From: an uncultured Halobacteriales archaeon
Lineage (GTDB): Archaea > Halobacteriota > Halobacteria > Halobacteriales > Haloarculaceae
Length of the DNA stretch: 51,349 bases
Direction of reading: 5' to 3'
NCBI GenBank assembly: GCA_964569925.1
Contig: CAZMWG010000001.1
Coordinates: 1-51,349 of the forward strand
The notes beneath the pieces are model-generated. The model did no database searches. It worked only from the letters and a program-made list of their open reading frames with translations, and was not told the origin of the DNA. This document shows, in pieces, positions 40,798 to 49,900 of this stretch. The position numbers and the translations under genes are program-made. Numbering within the stretch: position 1 is the first letter of the stretch; each line of letters begins with the position of its first letter.

Positions 40798-41652
40798 ATG
40801 CGTTACTTCCACACGGAGGACGGACACCTGCTGGCCGACGACGGCGACGCCGTCCGGGACCTGACGGCGGTGACACCGCGGCTGGACTCGTTCGGGACGC
40901 TCGCCCGCGCCGCCGCGCTGACGGACCGATCGGTCGACGCGGTCGCCCGTCGCTCGCTGGACGACGCGCCGACGGTCGACCCGGAGGCCGTCGCGTTCGA
41001 CGTCCCGGTGGCGACACCGGAGGTGTGGGCGGCGGGGGTGACCTACGAGATCAGCGAGAGCGCCCGCGAGGAGGAGAGCGGCACCCCGGACGTCTACATG
41101 CAGGTGTACCGCAGCGAGCGTCCCGAGCTCTTCCTCAAGGCCACCCCGTCCCGGACCGTCGGCCACGGCGACGAGGTGGGGGTACGGGGTGACTCCGAGT
41201 GGGACGTCCCCGAGCCGGAACTGGCGATCGTGCTCCACGACGGCGAGATCGTCGGCTACACGATCGGCAACGACGTCTCCAGCCGGTCGATCGAAGGGGA
41301 GAACCCCCTCTACCTCCCGCAGGCGAAGGTGTACGACCGCTCCTGCTCGGTCGGGCCCTGCGTCGCCTCGACGGAGACGGTCCCCGATCCCCACGCGCTG
41401 GACATGTCGATGACCGTCGAGCGGGACGGCGAACTCGTCTACGAGGGCGCGACCAACACCGACGAGATGGTCCGCAGCTGCGAGGAGCTGGTGGCCTACC
41501 TCCGCCGGCACAACGAGCTACCGGAGCTGACCGTCCTGTTGACCGGCGCGACGCTCGTCCCCGAGGAGGGGTTCACCCTGCGACCGGGCGACCACGTCGC
41601 GATCGACGTCGAGGGGATCGGCACCCTGGAGAACGGCGTCCGGACGGTGTAG
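40798..41652 (+). CDS. fumarylacetoacetate hydrolase (FAH) family protein; possible 2-keto-3-deoxy-pentonate dehydratase
   Basis: FAH-fold pattern ELFLKATPSRTVGHGDEVGVR...VPEPELAIVL...IVGYTIGNDVSSRSIE...LYLPQAKVYD. ATG 40798 lies inside ORF 39367..41652. The gene is divergent from the ALDH gene. Confidence 0.8.
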   Translation: MRYFHTEDGHLLADDGDAVRDLTAVTPRLDSFGTLARAAALTDRSVDAVARRSLDDAPTVDPEAVAFDVPVATPEVWAAGVTYEISESAREEESGTPDVYMQVYRSERPELFLKATPSRTVGHGDEVGVRGDSEWDVPEPELAIVLHDGEIVGYTIGNDVSSRSIEGENPLYLPQAKVYDRSCSVGPCVASTETVPDPHALDMSMTVERDGELVYEGATNTDEMVRSCEELVAYLRRHNELPELTVLLTGATLVPEEGFTLRPGDHVAIDVEGIGTLENGVRTV

Positions 41653-41725
41653 CGGTCGGGACGGGGCGGCGTCGGCCGTGATCCCGGGGGGAGCGCTTTT
41701 TACCGACCGCCTCCACCTCCTCCCG

Positions 41726-42310
41726 ATGGCCGACGACTCCGGGGGGAGGACGCCGAAGGTCGCCCGCGTCGCCGAGCGCTACGGGCTTGAGGACCTCCCC
41801 GAGCGACTGGAGGCCCGCTGGACGGCCCCCGACGGCGACAGCCTCCGGGAACTGGCCGAGGTCTTCGACCGCGAGGTGCTCGCGGCCGCGCTGGACGACG
41901 CCGACGCCGCCCCGATCGACCACGACGTCGAGACGGTGTACCGCCGGCTCGTCGACGACGAGGTCAGCGAGGGGGTCCGCACGCGCACCCGTCGACGCCT
42001 CGAACGAGAGGGGCTCGACGTCGCGGCCGTCCTCGAGGACTTCGTCTCCCACCAGGCGGTCCACAGCTACCTCCGGGACCACCGCGGCGTCGAGAAGCCG
42101 AGTCCCGACCCGGAGGAACGCCGCCGCCGGGTCCGGGATCGCGTCCGGAAGCTACGCAACCGGACCGCCGCCGTCTCCGAGGACGCCGTCGCCACCCTCC
42201 AGCGCGAGGGGGTCGTCCCCGAGGGCGAGGTCGACGTCCTCGTCGACGTGCGGGTACTCTACCGTGAGTCAGGAGAACGATACGAGATCGGTGAACTACT
42301 CGACGAGTGA
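41726..42310 (+). CDS. conserved haloarchaeal protein, RdfA-like (rod-determining factor family); tentative
   Basis: KVARVAERYGLEDLPERLEARWTAPDGDSLRELAEVFDREVLAAAL resembles the N-terminus of the haloarchaeal RdfA family, from memory only. ATG 41726 sits about 25 nt after a T-rich box (gcgctttttacc, 41693-41704), suggesting a leaderless mRNA. Confidence 0.55.
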   Translation: MADDSGGRTPKVARVAERYGLEDLPERLEARWTAPDGDSLRELAEVFDREVLAAALDDADAAPIDHDVETVYRRLVDDEVSEGVRTRTRRRLEREGLDVAAVLEDFVSHQAVHSYLRDHRGVEKPSPDPEERRRRVRDRVRKLRNRTAAVSEDAVATLQREGVVPEGEVDVLVDVRVLYRESGERYEIGELLDE

Positions 42311-42619
42311 GTCCGCGACGGTTCCCGGGCGACGGGAGAAAGTAAAGGAAATCGTAGTATGTCAGGAAAAACTAGAGCGAGGTGACGGCAAGTGTCTGTA
42401 TCCGTGAACCCGCGCCGGAAACGCGGCCCCGGGCTCGCGTCGGAGCGATCGAGTGTCGACGACAGCGGCGCGGAGAAGCGAAAAGAGAGAGAGGTACGTC
42501 CCGCCCCTCCCGGTGGTAGGAAGTGTACGAGATCCGGCCGAACTGGTGACGGCTGTCTTACCGCTCGTCGGTAGTCCAAGACAGCTTACCTGTCCATCGA
42601 CGGGGTTCGGACGCGGGCC

Positions 42620-42641
42620 GTTACAGCCGTACGGCTGTCAC
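42620..42641. promoter_or_regulatory. perfect 16-bp palindrome ACAGCCGTACGGCTGT within the element GTTACAGCCGTACGGCTGTCAC
   Basis: Read directly at 42623-42638. A related copy lies at 44584-44607. Confidence 0.4.
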
Positions 42642-42877
42642 GGGACGGCGGCCCGACGAGGGCGGCGATACGCTCGTCGTACCCGGACAGGTCGGCGCGG
42701 AAAGCCCGCGTTGTCCGGGTTCACGCGACGAGGTAACTCGGCTCCGTGTACCGTTCGCATACGTTTCGTACTTCTGACTGTTATCGACGGTAAGTCGGAA
42801 AATCGGGGGTACTGGGGTCTTACTCCGGTGGACGGTCGTATCGGTTTTTGGCAGTTACGTGTCAACCGACGGTCGCA

Positions 42878-43717
42878 ATGGTCGGAGACAAACCACTCAG
42901 AACGCTCCTGCTGGCGCTTGCGGTAGTCGCACTGTCGGGGTTGTTCGTCGCCGCGGGCCCCGTGGCGGCACAGACGGATCAACCCACAGAGACCCCCGAC
43001 GAGAACGTCTCGGAGGGCGAGAACGTGACACAGGTGCGGGCGGTCCACGTCTCGCCGGTCCTCCCGAACGTCGACGTGTTCGTGGAGGGTGAACCGCTCG
43101 GGACGAACGTCACCTTCGCGGACGTGACCGAGTACCTCGAGGTCGAGCCCGGCGACAACGAGTTCACGGTGACCGTCAACGAGACCGGCGAGCAGATCCT
43201 CGAACGGACGGTGCCCATAGAGGAGAACGTCAGCTACACGCTGCTGGCGGTCGGGACGCTCGGCGAGGACGAGACGGTACAGTTCCAGCCGATCCTGCTG
43301 CGGGACGACATCGAGCGTCCCAGCGCGGAGAACGCCTCGCTGCGCTTCATCAACGCGGCACCCGACGCGCCGCCGCTGAACCTGACGATCCGTGAACTGG
43401 ACGCCACCGCCGCGGCGAACGTCTCGTTCCGCGGCGACAGCGGCTACGCCACCCTGCCCGCCGGCAACTACACCCTCGACGTGACGAACGCCGAGACCGG
43501 CGACCTCGTGGTGACCCGGAACGTCTCCCTCGAAGGTGGCACGGTCAGTTCGGCGATCACCGTCGGGTTCGTCGACCCCGAAGCGGCCGGCGTCGACTTC
43601 CCGGTCGCGGTCGCGCTGACCGACGACGCGCAACTTCCCGACGCGGGCAACGCGACCGCCACGCCGACCGAGGGCGAGGAGGAGGCGACGCCGACGCCGG
43701 CGCCCGCCGGCGAGTGA
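42878..43717 (+). CDS. secreted DUF4397-domain protein, rich in N-glycosylation sequons
   Basis: Sec-type signal MVGDKPLRTLLLALAVVALSGLFVAAGPVAAQ. Two DUF4397-type repeats (VRAVHVSPVLPNVDVFVEG..., LRFINAAPDAPPLNLTI...). 11 N-x-S/T sequons in 279 aa. Acidic T/P-rich tail. Confidence 0.8.
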   Translation: MVGDKPLRTLLLALAVVALSGLFVAAGPVAAQTDQPTETPDENVSEGENVTQVRAVHVSPVLPNVDVFVEGEPLGTNVTFADVTEYLEVEPGDNEFTVTVNETGEQILERTVPIEENVSYTLLAVGTLGEDETVQFQPILLRDDIERPSAENASLRFINAAPDAPPLNLTIRELDATAAANVSFRGDSGYATLPAGNYTLDVTNAETGDLVVTRNVSLEGGTVSSAITVGFVDPEAAGVDFPVAVALTDDAQLPDAGNATATPTEGEEEATPTPAPAGE

Positions 43718-43810
43718 TCTGACGACGCCCCGGAGCGGAGACCGACGGCCGGCCCGCGACGACGGTCGGTCGGCGACGAGCGGTCGACGGACGACGACCG
43801 GTCGCCCTTC

Positions 43811-44314
43811 TCAGTCGGCCGCGGCGCGCGGTCCGCGCCGCGGTCGGCCCACCTTCGAGACGGCCAGCGACGCCACCGCCAGCGCCCCCAGCACCGTGCC
43901 GTAGGTGACGTGGGCGGCGAGTCCGAGCGCGGTCCAGTCGGGCACCGGGTGGGGGACGCCGACGGCCCCGGCCCACAGCGGGAAGACGACCCCGCCCGCG
44001 ACCGCCTCGAGCAGGACGCCGTAGCCGATCCCGGCGACGACGACGGTCCGGGGGTCGGCCGCCCGCAGCGACGAACACAGGAGCGCCGCGACGAAGACGA
44101 ACGCGAGGACGACGCCGACGAGCAGGTGGACGAGCCAGCCGGCCGCGACCGTCGGCACCCCGACGAGCGCGCCGACCGTCGCCATCGACCCGGCGACGCC
44201 GTCGACGATCAGCCCCATCGCGCCCGCGGCGACGAGGCCGCTCGCCGCCGTGGCCAGCCAGACCCGCCGCGGCGCGGCCGTGGCCGCCCGGAGACCGTAG
44301 CGCTGTAGTCCCAT
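43811..44314 (-). CDS. hypothetical integral membrane protein (4 predicted TM segments)
   Basis: 167 aa starting at ATG 44314, with hydrophobic segments separated by short loops. No family recognised. Confidence 0.6.
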   Translation of the reverse strand: MGLQRYGLRAATAAPRRVWLATAASGLVAAGAMGLIVDGVAGSMATVGALVGVPTVAAGWLVHLLVGVVLAFVFVAALLCSSLRAADPRTVVVAGIGYGVLLEAVAGGVVFPLWAGAVGVPHPVPDWTALGLAAHVTYGTVLGALAVASLAVSKVGRPRRGPRAAAD

Positions 44315-44583
44315 CGTCGGCGCCTTGGGACCACGCCCTCAAACCCGTAGTTGCCATCTCGCCCACAGTAACCGGTCACTCGACGCGGCCGTCCGGGCGC
44401 CGGCCGCGGTAACCCGGACCACTCGACGCGGCGCCGACCGTCCCCGACGCCGGCCGGCCGCGGACGAGCGCACGGCCGGCCCCGACCGCGCGACAACCCG
44501 GCCTTACTCCGCGACACCGCCCGTGCCCGACGCGGAATCCGCCGGTACCCCACACCGCCGCTGTCGGGCGGTTTCCGGATCAT

Positions 44584-44607
44584 CGTTACGGCCGTACGCC
44601 TGTAACG
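44584..44607. promoter_or_regulatory. imperfect palindrome CGTTACGGCCGTACGCCTGTAACG, related to the element at 42620-42641
   Basis: 18 of 21 core positions are shared with the 42620 element. It lies in the 653-bp gap between divergent genes 43811..44314 (-) and 44968..46752 (+). Confidence 0.4.
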
Positions 44608-44967
44608 TCGGCCACGTCGCGGATAACGCGACGCTACCGCTCGCGACGGGCCGCCGGCGGGCCCCGACCGCGACCCGTCGGTCCCGTCGCGGCCGCCCGG
44701 CTCCCGTCCGTCGGCCGTCTCCCGTCGCTCACCTGGCGGCCGTCCCCCGCCCGCGCGCCGGCGACGGAGCGAGAGACGGGGACGGCGCGCGGGCGGGGGA
44801 CGACGGAGCGCGATCCCGACGACCGCGGGGTGGGGACGCCCGGGACCGCCGGACGCGGCGGCCGCGACCGACCGGTCCGTTCCCGGCCCGCAACGGCCGA
44901 CCAGCCGAACCCGACCGGCCTCGACCGGGCAGGAACCGTGTTGTACCGGCCGGCGCTACCTCCGTCG

Positions 44968-46752
44968 ATGTCCGACCAGCGCCGCGAGGCCGGGGAGCGT
45001 CCGCCGTCCGCGCTCCGGTCCGTCGAGACGGACGCCGTCCTCTCGGTGTCCGACGAGGGTCGAGTCGAGACCTGGAACGACCGCTGTGCCCGGACGTTCG
45101 GCGTCCGGGCGGCGGCCGCCGTCGGCGAGCCGTTCCGGGCGCTGTTCGCCGACCCCGACCGCGCGACGGCGCTCCTGCGGGCCGCGCGCCGGGACGGGCG
45201 CATCGAGACAGAGGCCCGGCGGCGGGGCGAGGAGTGGCTCCGGATCGCCGTCGTCGCCGCCCCCGAGGGGTTCGTCGTCGTCGCGTCGGCCGGCCGCGCG
45301 GACCGCGAGGGCGGGGACGGTCGACGCGACGTCCGCCGACGGATCGAGGCGCTGGTCCGGCGGGTGCTGGTCGCCACGGCCCCCGAGACCGTCGACCGGA
45401 CGCTGGCCGCCGGGCTGACGGCGCTGTTCGGCGCCGACGCCTGGGTGGCCGACCGGGACCCCGACCTCTCGCTGCGGGCGGGCGAGGAGACGCCGGCCTA
45501 CCGCGACGCGCTCGCCGCGTCGTCGCTCCCCGGAACGGCGCGGGCAGCTCCGGGCGCGGGCGCGGAAGCCGACGGCACCGATTCGCATCCCGACGGCTCG
45601 CACCCGGCCGGGCCGGAGTCGGAGCCGGACAGTCCGAGCTCGGGCGACGTGGATCCCGACGGCGCCGACTCCGACGACCCGGGGCACCCGGACCCGGTCC
45701 GGTTCGTCTCCGACGGCGTCGACGACGACCCGCGGATCCCCGAGCGGCTCCGCCGGGCGGCCGCCCGACGGGGGTACCGGTCGCTGGCGCTGCTCCGGCT
45801 GACCGACGGCCGGACGGACCACGGGTTGCTGGCCGTCCACGCCGAACGGTCCGGCGCGTTCGGCGCGGCCGAGCGGGCGGCCCTGGCGACGCTCGCCGTC
45901 GCCGCCGGGACGGCGCTGGAGGCGTCGCGCCGGCGTCGACTGCTGCTCTCGGACCGGGTCGTCGAGCTGGAGCTGGCGCTCGCCGACCCGGCCGGCCGGG
46001 CGGACGCCGCGTTCGCGGCGCTGGCCGCCCGGTGTGGCCCCTGTCGTCTCGAGGACGTGGTCCCCGGCTTCGAGGCGGCGCCGCTGCAGTTTCTCGCCGT
46101 CGAGGCCGACCCCGCCACGGTCCGGGCGGCGGCCGAGCGGGTCGACGCGGTCGAGGACCACCGGTTCCCGGGCGACGGCGGCCCGGACGGTGCCGGCGAT
46201 CGAACGGACGACACGGGCGAGGACGCGCCGGACGCGAGCGGCCCGGACGTCCCGCGCGACGACGACACCGCGGCACGCCCGGTCGACGGCGAGACCGCCC
46301 CGCCGAGCGCCGCGCCGACGCGCGTCGAGGTGTGGACGGGTCCCGAGGAGCTGCTCGACCGGCTGATCGACGCCGGCGCCGTGGTGCGCGAGGCGGTCGG
46401 CGGGCCGGACGGCTGCCGGGTGACCCTGGAGACCACCGCCGACGCGACGCCGGACCTGTCGGCGCTGCTGGAGCGGCGGTTCCCCGCCTGGCGGCTCGCG
46501 GGCAAGCGGCCGGCCGACCGGCCGGAGCCGGCGGCGGCCGCGGCCGACGCGATCGAGGCGCTGCTCACCGACAAACAGCTCGCGGCGCTGCGGACGGCCT
46601 ACCGGGCGGGGTACTTCGACAACCCGCGGGGCAGCACCGCACAGCAGGTCGCCGCCGACCTCGACATCTCGGACACGACGCTGTTCCAGCACCTCCAGGT
46701 CGCCCAGCGCAAGCTCGTCGAGCGGACCCTCTACCGGCGCGACGACCCCTGA
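44968..46752 (+). CDS. Bat-like transcriptional regulator (PAS - GAF-like - HTH_10)
   Basis: The C-terminus LTDKQLAALRTAYRAGYFDNPRGSTAQQVAADLDISDTTLFQHLQVAQRKLV is the haloarchaeal HTH_10 (bacterio-opsin activator type) DNA-binding domain. There is an N-terminal PAS-like segment. ATG at 44968. Confidence 0.85.
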   Translation: MSDQRREAGERPPSALRSVETDAVLSVSDEGRVETWNDRCARTFGVRAAAAVGEPFRALFADPDRATALLRAARRDGRIETEARRRGEEWLRIAVVAAPEGFVVVASAGRADREGGDGRRDVRRRIEALVRRVLVATAPETVDRTLAAGLTALFGADAWVADRDPDLSLRAGEETPAYRDALAASSLPGTARAAPGAGAEADGTDSHPDGSHPAGPESEPDSPSSGDVDPDGADSDDPGHPDPVRFVSDGVDDDPRIPERLRRAAARRGYRSLALLRLTDGRTDHGLLAVHAERSGAFGAAERAALATLAVAAGTALEASRRRRLLLSDRVVELELALADPAGRADAAFAALAARCGPCRLEDVVPGFEAAPLQFLAVEADPATVRAAAERVDAVEDHRFPGDGGPDGAGDRTDDTGEDAPDASGPDVPRDDDTAARPVDGETAPPSAAPTRVEVWTGPEELLDRLIDAGAVVREAVGGPDGCRVTLETTADATPDLSALLERRFPAWRLAGKRPADRPEPAAAAADAIEALLTDKQLAALRTAYRAGYFDNPRGSTAQQVAADLDISDTTLFQHLQVAQRKLVERTLYRRDDP

Positions 46753-46900
46753 CGCGCCGGACGACGTGCGGGCGGCGGGGGCGGACCACCGGAAGTCGAG
46801 AGCGGCGACACCCGGCGACGTGAGCGCCGGCGTCGAGTCGAACGCGCCCGCTCGGGGCGGGACCCTCCGTACGTAGGCTTCCCGACGGTCCGGTGTGCGT

Positions 46901-46924
46901 TCGGTACCTCGGTATCTCGGTACC
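46901..46924 (+). repeat. three tandem 8-mers TCGGTACC-TCGGTATC-TCGGTACC upstream of the large Bat-like regulator
   Basis: Read directly. They lie 39-62 nt upstream of ATG 46963. Confidence 0.6.
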
Positions 46925-46962
46925 CAACGTATGTGGCCCGACCGCGTACCACAGGGGACTGC

Positions 46963-49900
46963 ATGTCACGATCTCATCCCGGTCTGAGCGACCGGTTCCC
47001 CGAGGCGGTCATCGAGTACGCGGCCGAGGGGGTGCTCGCGGTCGACGGGGACGGGACGGTCGTGTTCACCAACCCCGCCGCCGACCGACTGCTGGCCGAC
47101 GAGGTCCGGGAGCGGGGAGAGGACCCGGTCGGCGAGCCGATCGCGGCGTTCGGACCGGACGACGAGAGCGACGCCGCGGGGCCGTCGGCCGACGGCGACC
47201 CCGGACCGCTCGCGGGCGCGACGGCGACCGCGGCGGCAACCGACCGGCTGACCCCGCCCGAGGAGTTCGTCGCGGCGACGTTCGACGCCGACGAGGAGCG
47301 GACCGGTCGGATCGGCCTCCGGGGTGCCGACGGCGGGATCGTGCCGGCGGCGGCGTCGGCCGCCCCCGCCGAGATCGACGGCCGGCGGCACGTCCTGTTG
47401 TTCCTCCAGGACGTCGGCGACCGGCTCCGGCGCGACGCCGAGTTGCGGGGGTACGAGGAGGTCGTCGAGACCGTGGGCGACGGCATCTACCGGCTCGACG
47501 CCGACGGCCGGATCGTCGCCGTCAACGACGTGGTCGTCGAGCAGACCGGGTACGCCCGCGAGGAACTGCTGGGCGAGGACATCTCCCTGCTGCTCGACGA
47601 CGAGGACATCGTCGCCTGCGCGGAGGCGATCCGGGAGCTGCTGACCGACGACGACCGCGAGACCGCGACGCTCCGGTTCGACGTCCACGCCGCCGACGGC
47701 CGTGCGATCCCCTGCGAGGCACAGATGACGGCGCTGACCCGCGACGGCGAGTTCCGGGGGACCGTCGGGCTCGTGCGGGACGTCTCCGGACGGGTGGAAC
47801 GGGACGCCGAGATACGGCGCCAGTCGGCGGCGATCGAGGCCACCTCCGACGGGATGGCGATCCTCGACGCCGAGGAGCGGTACGTCTACGTCAACGAGGC
47901 CCACGCGGAGATCTTCGGCCACGAGCCCGGCGCGCTGGTCGGGGAGTCCTGGCACCGACTGTTCGGGGAGGACGAGGGCGACCGAGGGCGCGGGGACGGC
48001 GCCGACGCCGGCGACGGGACCGGGCGGCTGACGACGGAGGTGTTGCCGGCGGTGCGGGCGACCGGCGACTGGCGCGGCGAGGTGACCGGCCGGCGCCCCG
48101 ACGGCACGACGTTCCCCGGGGAGCTGACGGTGACGGAGCTGAACGACGGCGGGCTGGTGTACGCGGTCCGGGACGTCACCGAGCGGAAGGCCCACGTCCG
48201 GAAGCTGGAGGCGCTGACGGAGGTGACCGGCGGGCTGATGACGGCCGGCTCGCCCGACGAGATCGCCCGCCGTGCCGTCGAGGCCGTCGACTACGTGCTC
48301 GGGTTCTCGGTGAGCTGTGTCCGGCTGTTCGACGACGAGACCAACGCGCTCGAACCCGCGGCGACCAGCGACGAGGCCCGCCGGCTCGTCGAGCGGTGCC
48401 CGGGGTTCGACCTGGACCGGTCGGCCGCCGGTCGCGCCTTCCGCCGGGGCGAGCGCGTCGAGTCCGTCGTCGAGGACGACCTCCGGGCGGGCGAGCGGGT
48501 CGACGTCCACCTCCCGCTGGGCGACCGCGGGACGCTGAGCGTGTTCACCGACCGCCCCGCGGTCGACGAGGCCGACCTCCACCACCTGGAGATGCTGGCC
48601 GCGGACGTGACGACGGCCATCGGCCGGGCCGAGCGGGAGACCCGGTTGCGGCGCAACGAGCGGGAGTTGCGCCAGCACCGCGACGAGCTGGAGACGCTCA
48701 ACCGGATCAACACGCTGATCAGCGAGCTGATCCGCCAGCTGGTCGCCAAGACCACCCGCGAGGAGATCTACCGCACCGTCTGTGACCGGCTGGCCTCCTC
48801 GCCGTTCTACGAGAGCGCCTGGATCGGCGCCGCCGAGACCGCCGACGGCCGGATCGACCCCGTCGCCGAGAGCGGCCTCGACGAGGGGTACCTCCAGGTG
48901 ATCGAGCGCCTCCCCGTGGAGTATCTCGCCAACGGCGTCGTCGCCGAGGCGATCCGGACCGGCGAGTTCCAGCTGGTCCACCAGTACGTCGCCCACGAGG
49001 GCGGGATCGGCGCCGACGTCACCCGCGACGCCGGTGCCGCCGACGAGACCGGAGCCGGCGCCGACGGGGTCCACGACGGTGCCCGCGAGACCCGTGACAG
49101 CGATGCGGGCGACGGGACCGACGACGTCGGTACCGCCGAGGACCGACCGGGCGTCGACGAGGTCCGGCCGGGCGGCGTCGGTGTGGAGGACGGAACGGGC
49201 GGCGTCGGTGTGGACGACGACACGAGCGGCGTCGGTGTGGAGGACGGGACGGGTATCGACGGCGCGGACGGCGAGCGGGTCGGCGGTGTCGACGGCGCGG
49301 ACGGCGAGCGGAGCGTCGAGACGGTCGCCGCCATCCCGCTGTCCTACGGCGACCGCACCCACGGCGTGCTGGTCGTCGAGGCCCGCCGGGACGACGTGTT
49401 CAGCGACACCGCCCGGACCGCCCTCTCCGTGCTGGGCGACGCCGTCGGCTTCGTGATCACGGCGGCACTGCACCGGGAGCTGCTCCACTCGGACGTGGTC
49501 GTGGAGCTCGAGTTCGCGATCGCCGACGACCGCTGTCTCCCGGTCGCGGTCTCGGGCGAGTTGGGCTGTCGCTGTCGCCTGGAGAAGGTCACCCCGCTGG
49601 GCGAGGGCGACTACCGGCTCTACCTCCAGTTCGAGGGGACCGACCCCGACGCCGCGGTCGAGGCCCTCTCGCGGGCCGACGCGGTCTCGGACTGTCGGCT
49701 GGTCCGCGAGTCCGAGGGCGAGCCGACGTTCCTGGTCGAGGTGACCACCGCCGAGACGGTGTTCCCGGCGCTGCTTGAGGTGGGGGCCAGCGCCCCCGTG
49801 CTCGTCGCCGAGGAGGGTGAGGGTCGACTCACCGTCGAGGTCTCCCCGACCACCAACGTCCGGGACGTCGCCGAGCGGCTCCGGGAGCTGTACCCCGAGG

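Noticed and set aside
42311-42877. RNase P RNA or SRP (7S) RNA in the long noncoding gap
   Set aside because: I looked on both strands for the near-invariant motifs: GGAAAGUCC and ACAGAA..CGGCUUA for RNase P, and GGAAGG.AGCA / helix-8 GNAR context for SRP. I found only partial look-alikes (CGGAAAGCCCG, CCGAACCCCGUC, AGCGGUAAG), in the wrong order or context. I cannot run covariance models here.
44325-46823. 832-aa plus-strand ORF and the minus-strand ORFs 44729..46276, 44956..46692 and 45498..46574 overlapping the first Bat-like gene
   Set aside because: All are Arg/Pro/Gly- or Ser/Ala-rich low-complexity readings. Only frame 44968..46752 yields PAS-like segments and the HTH_10 C-terminus.
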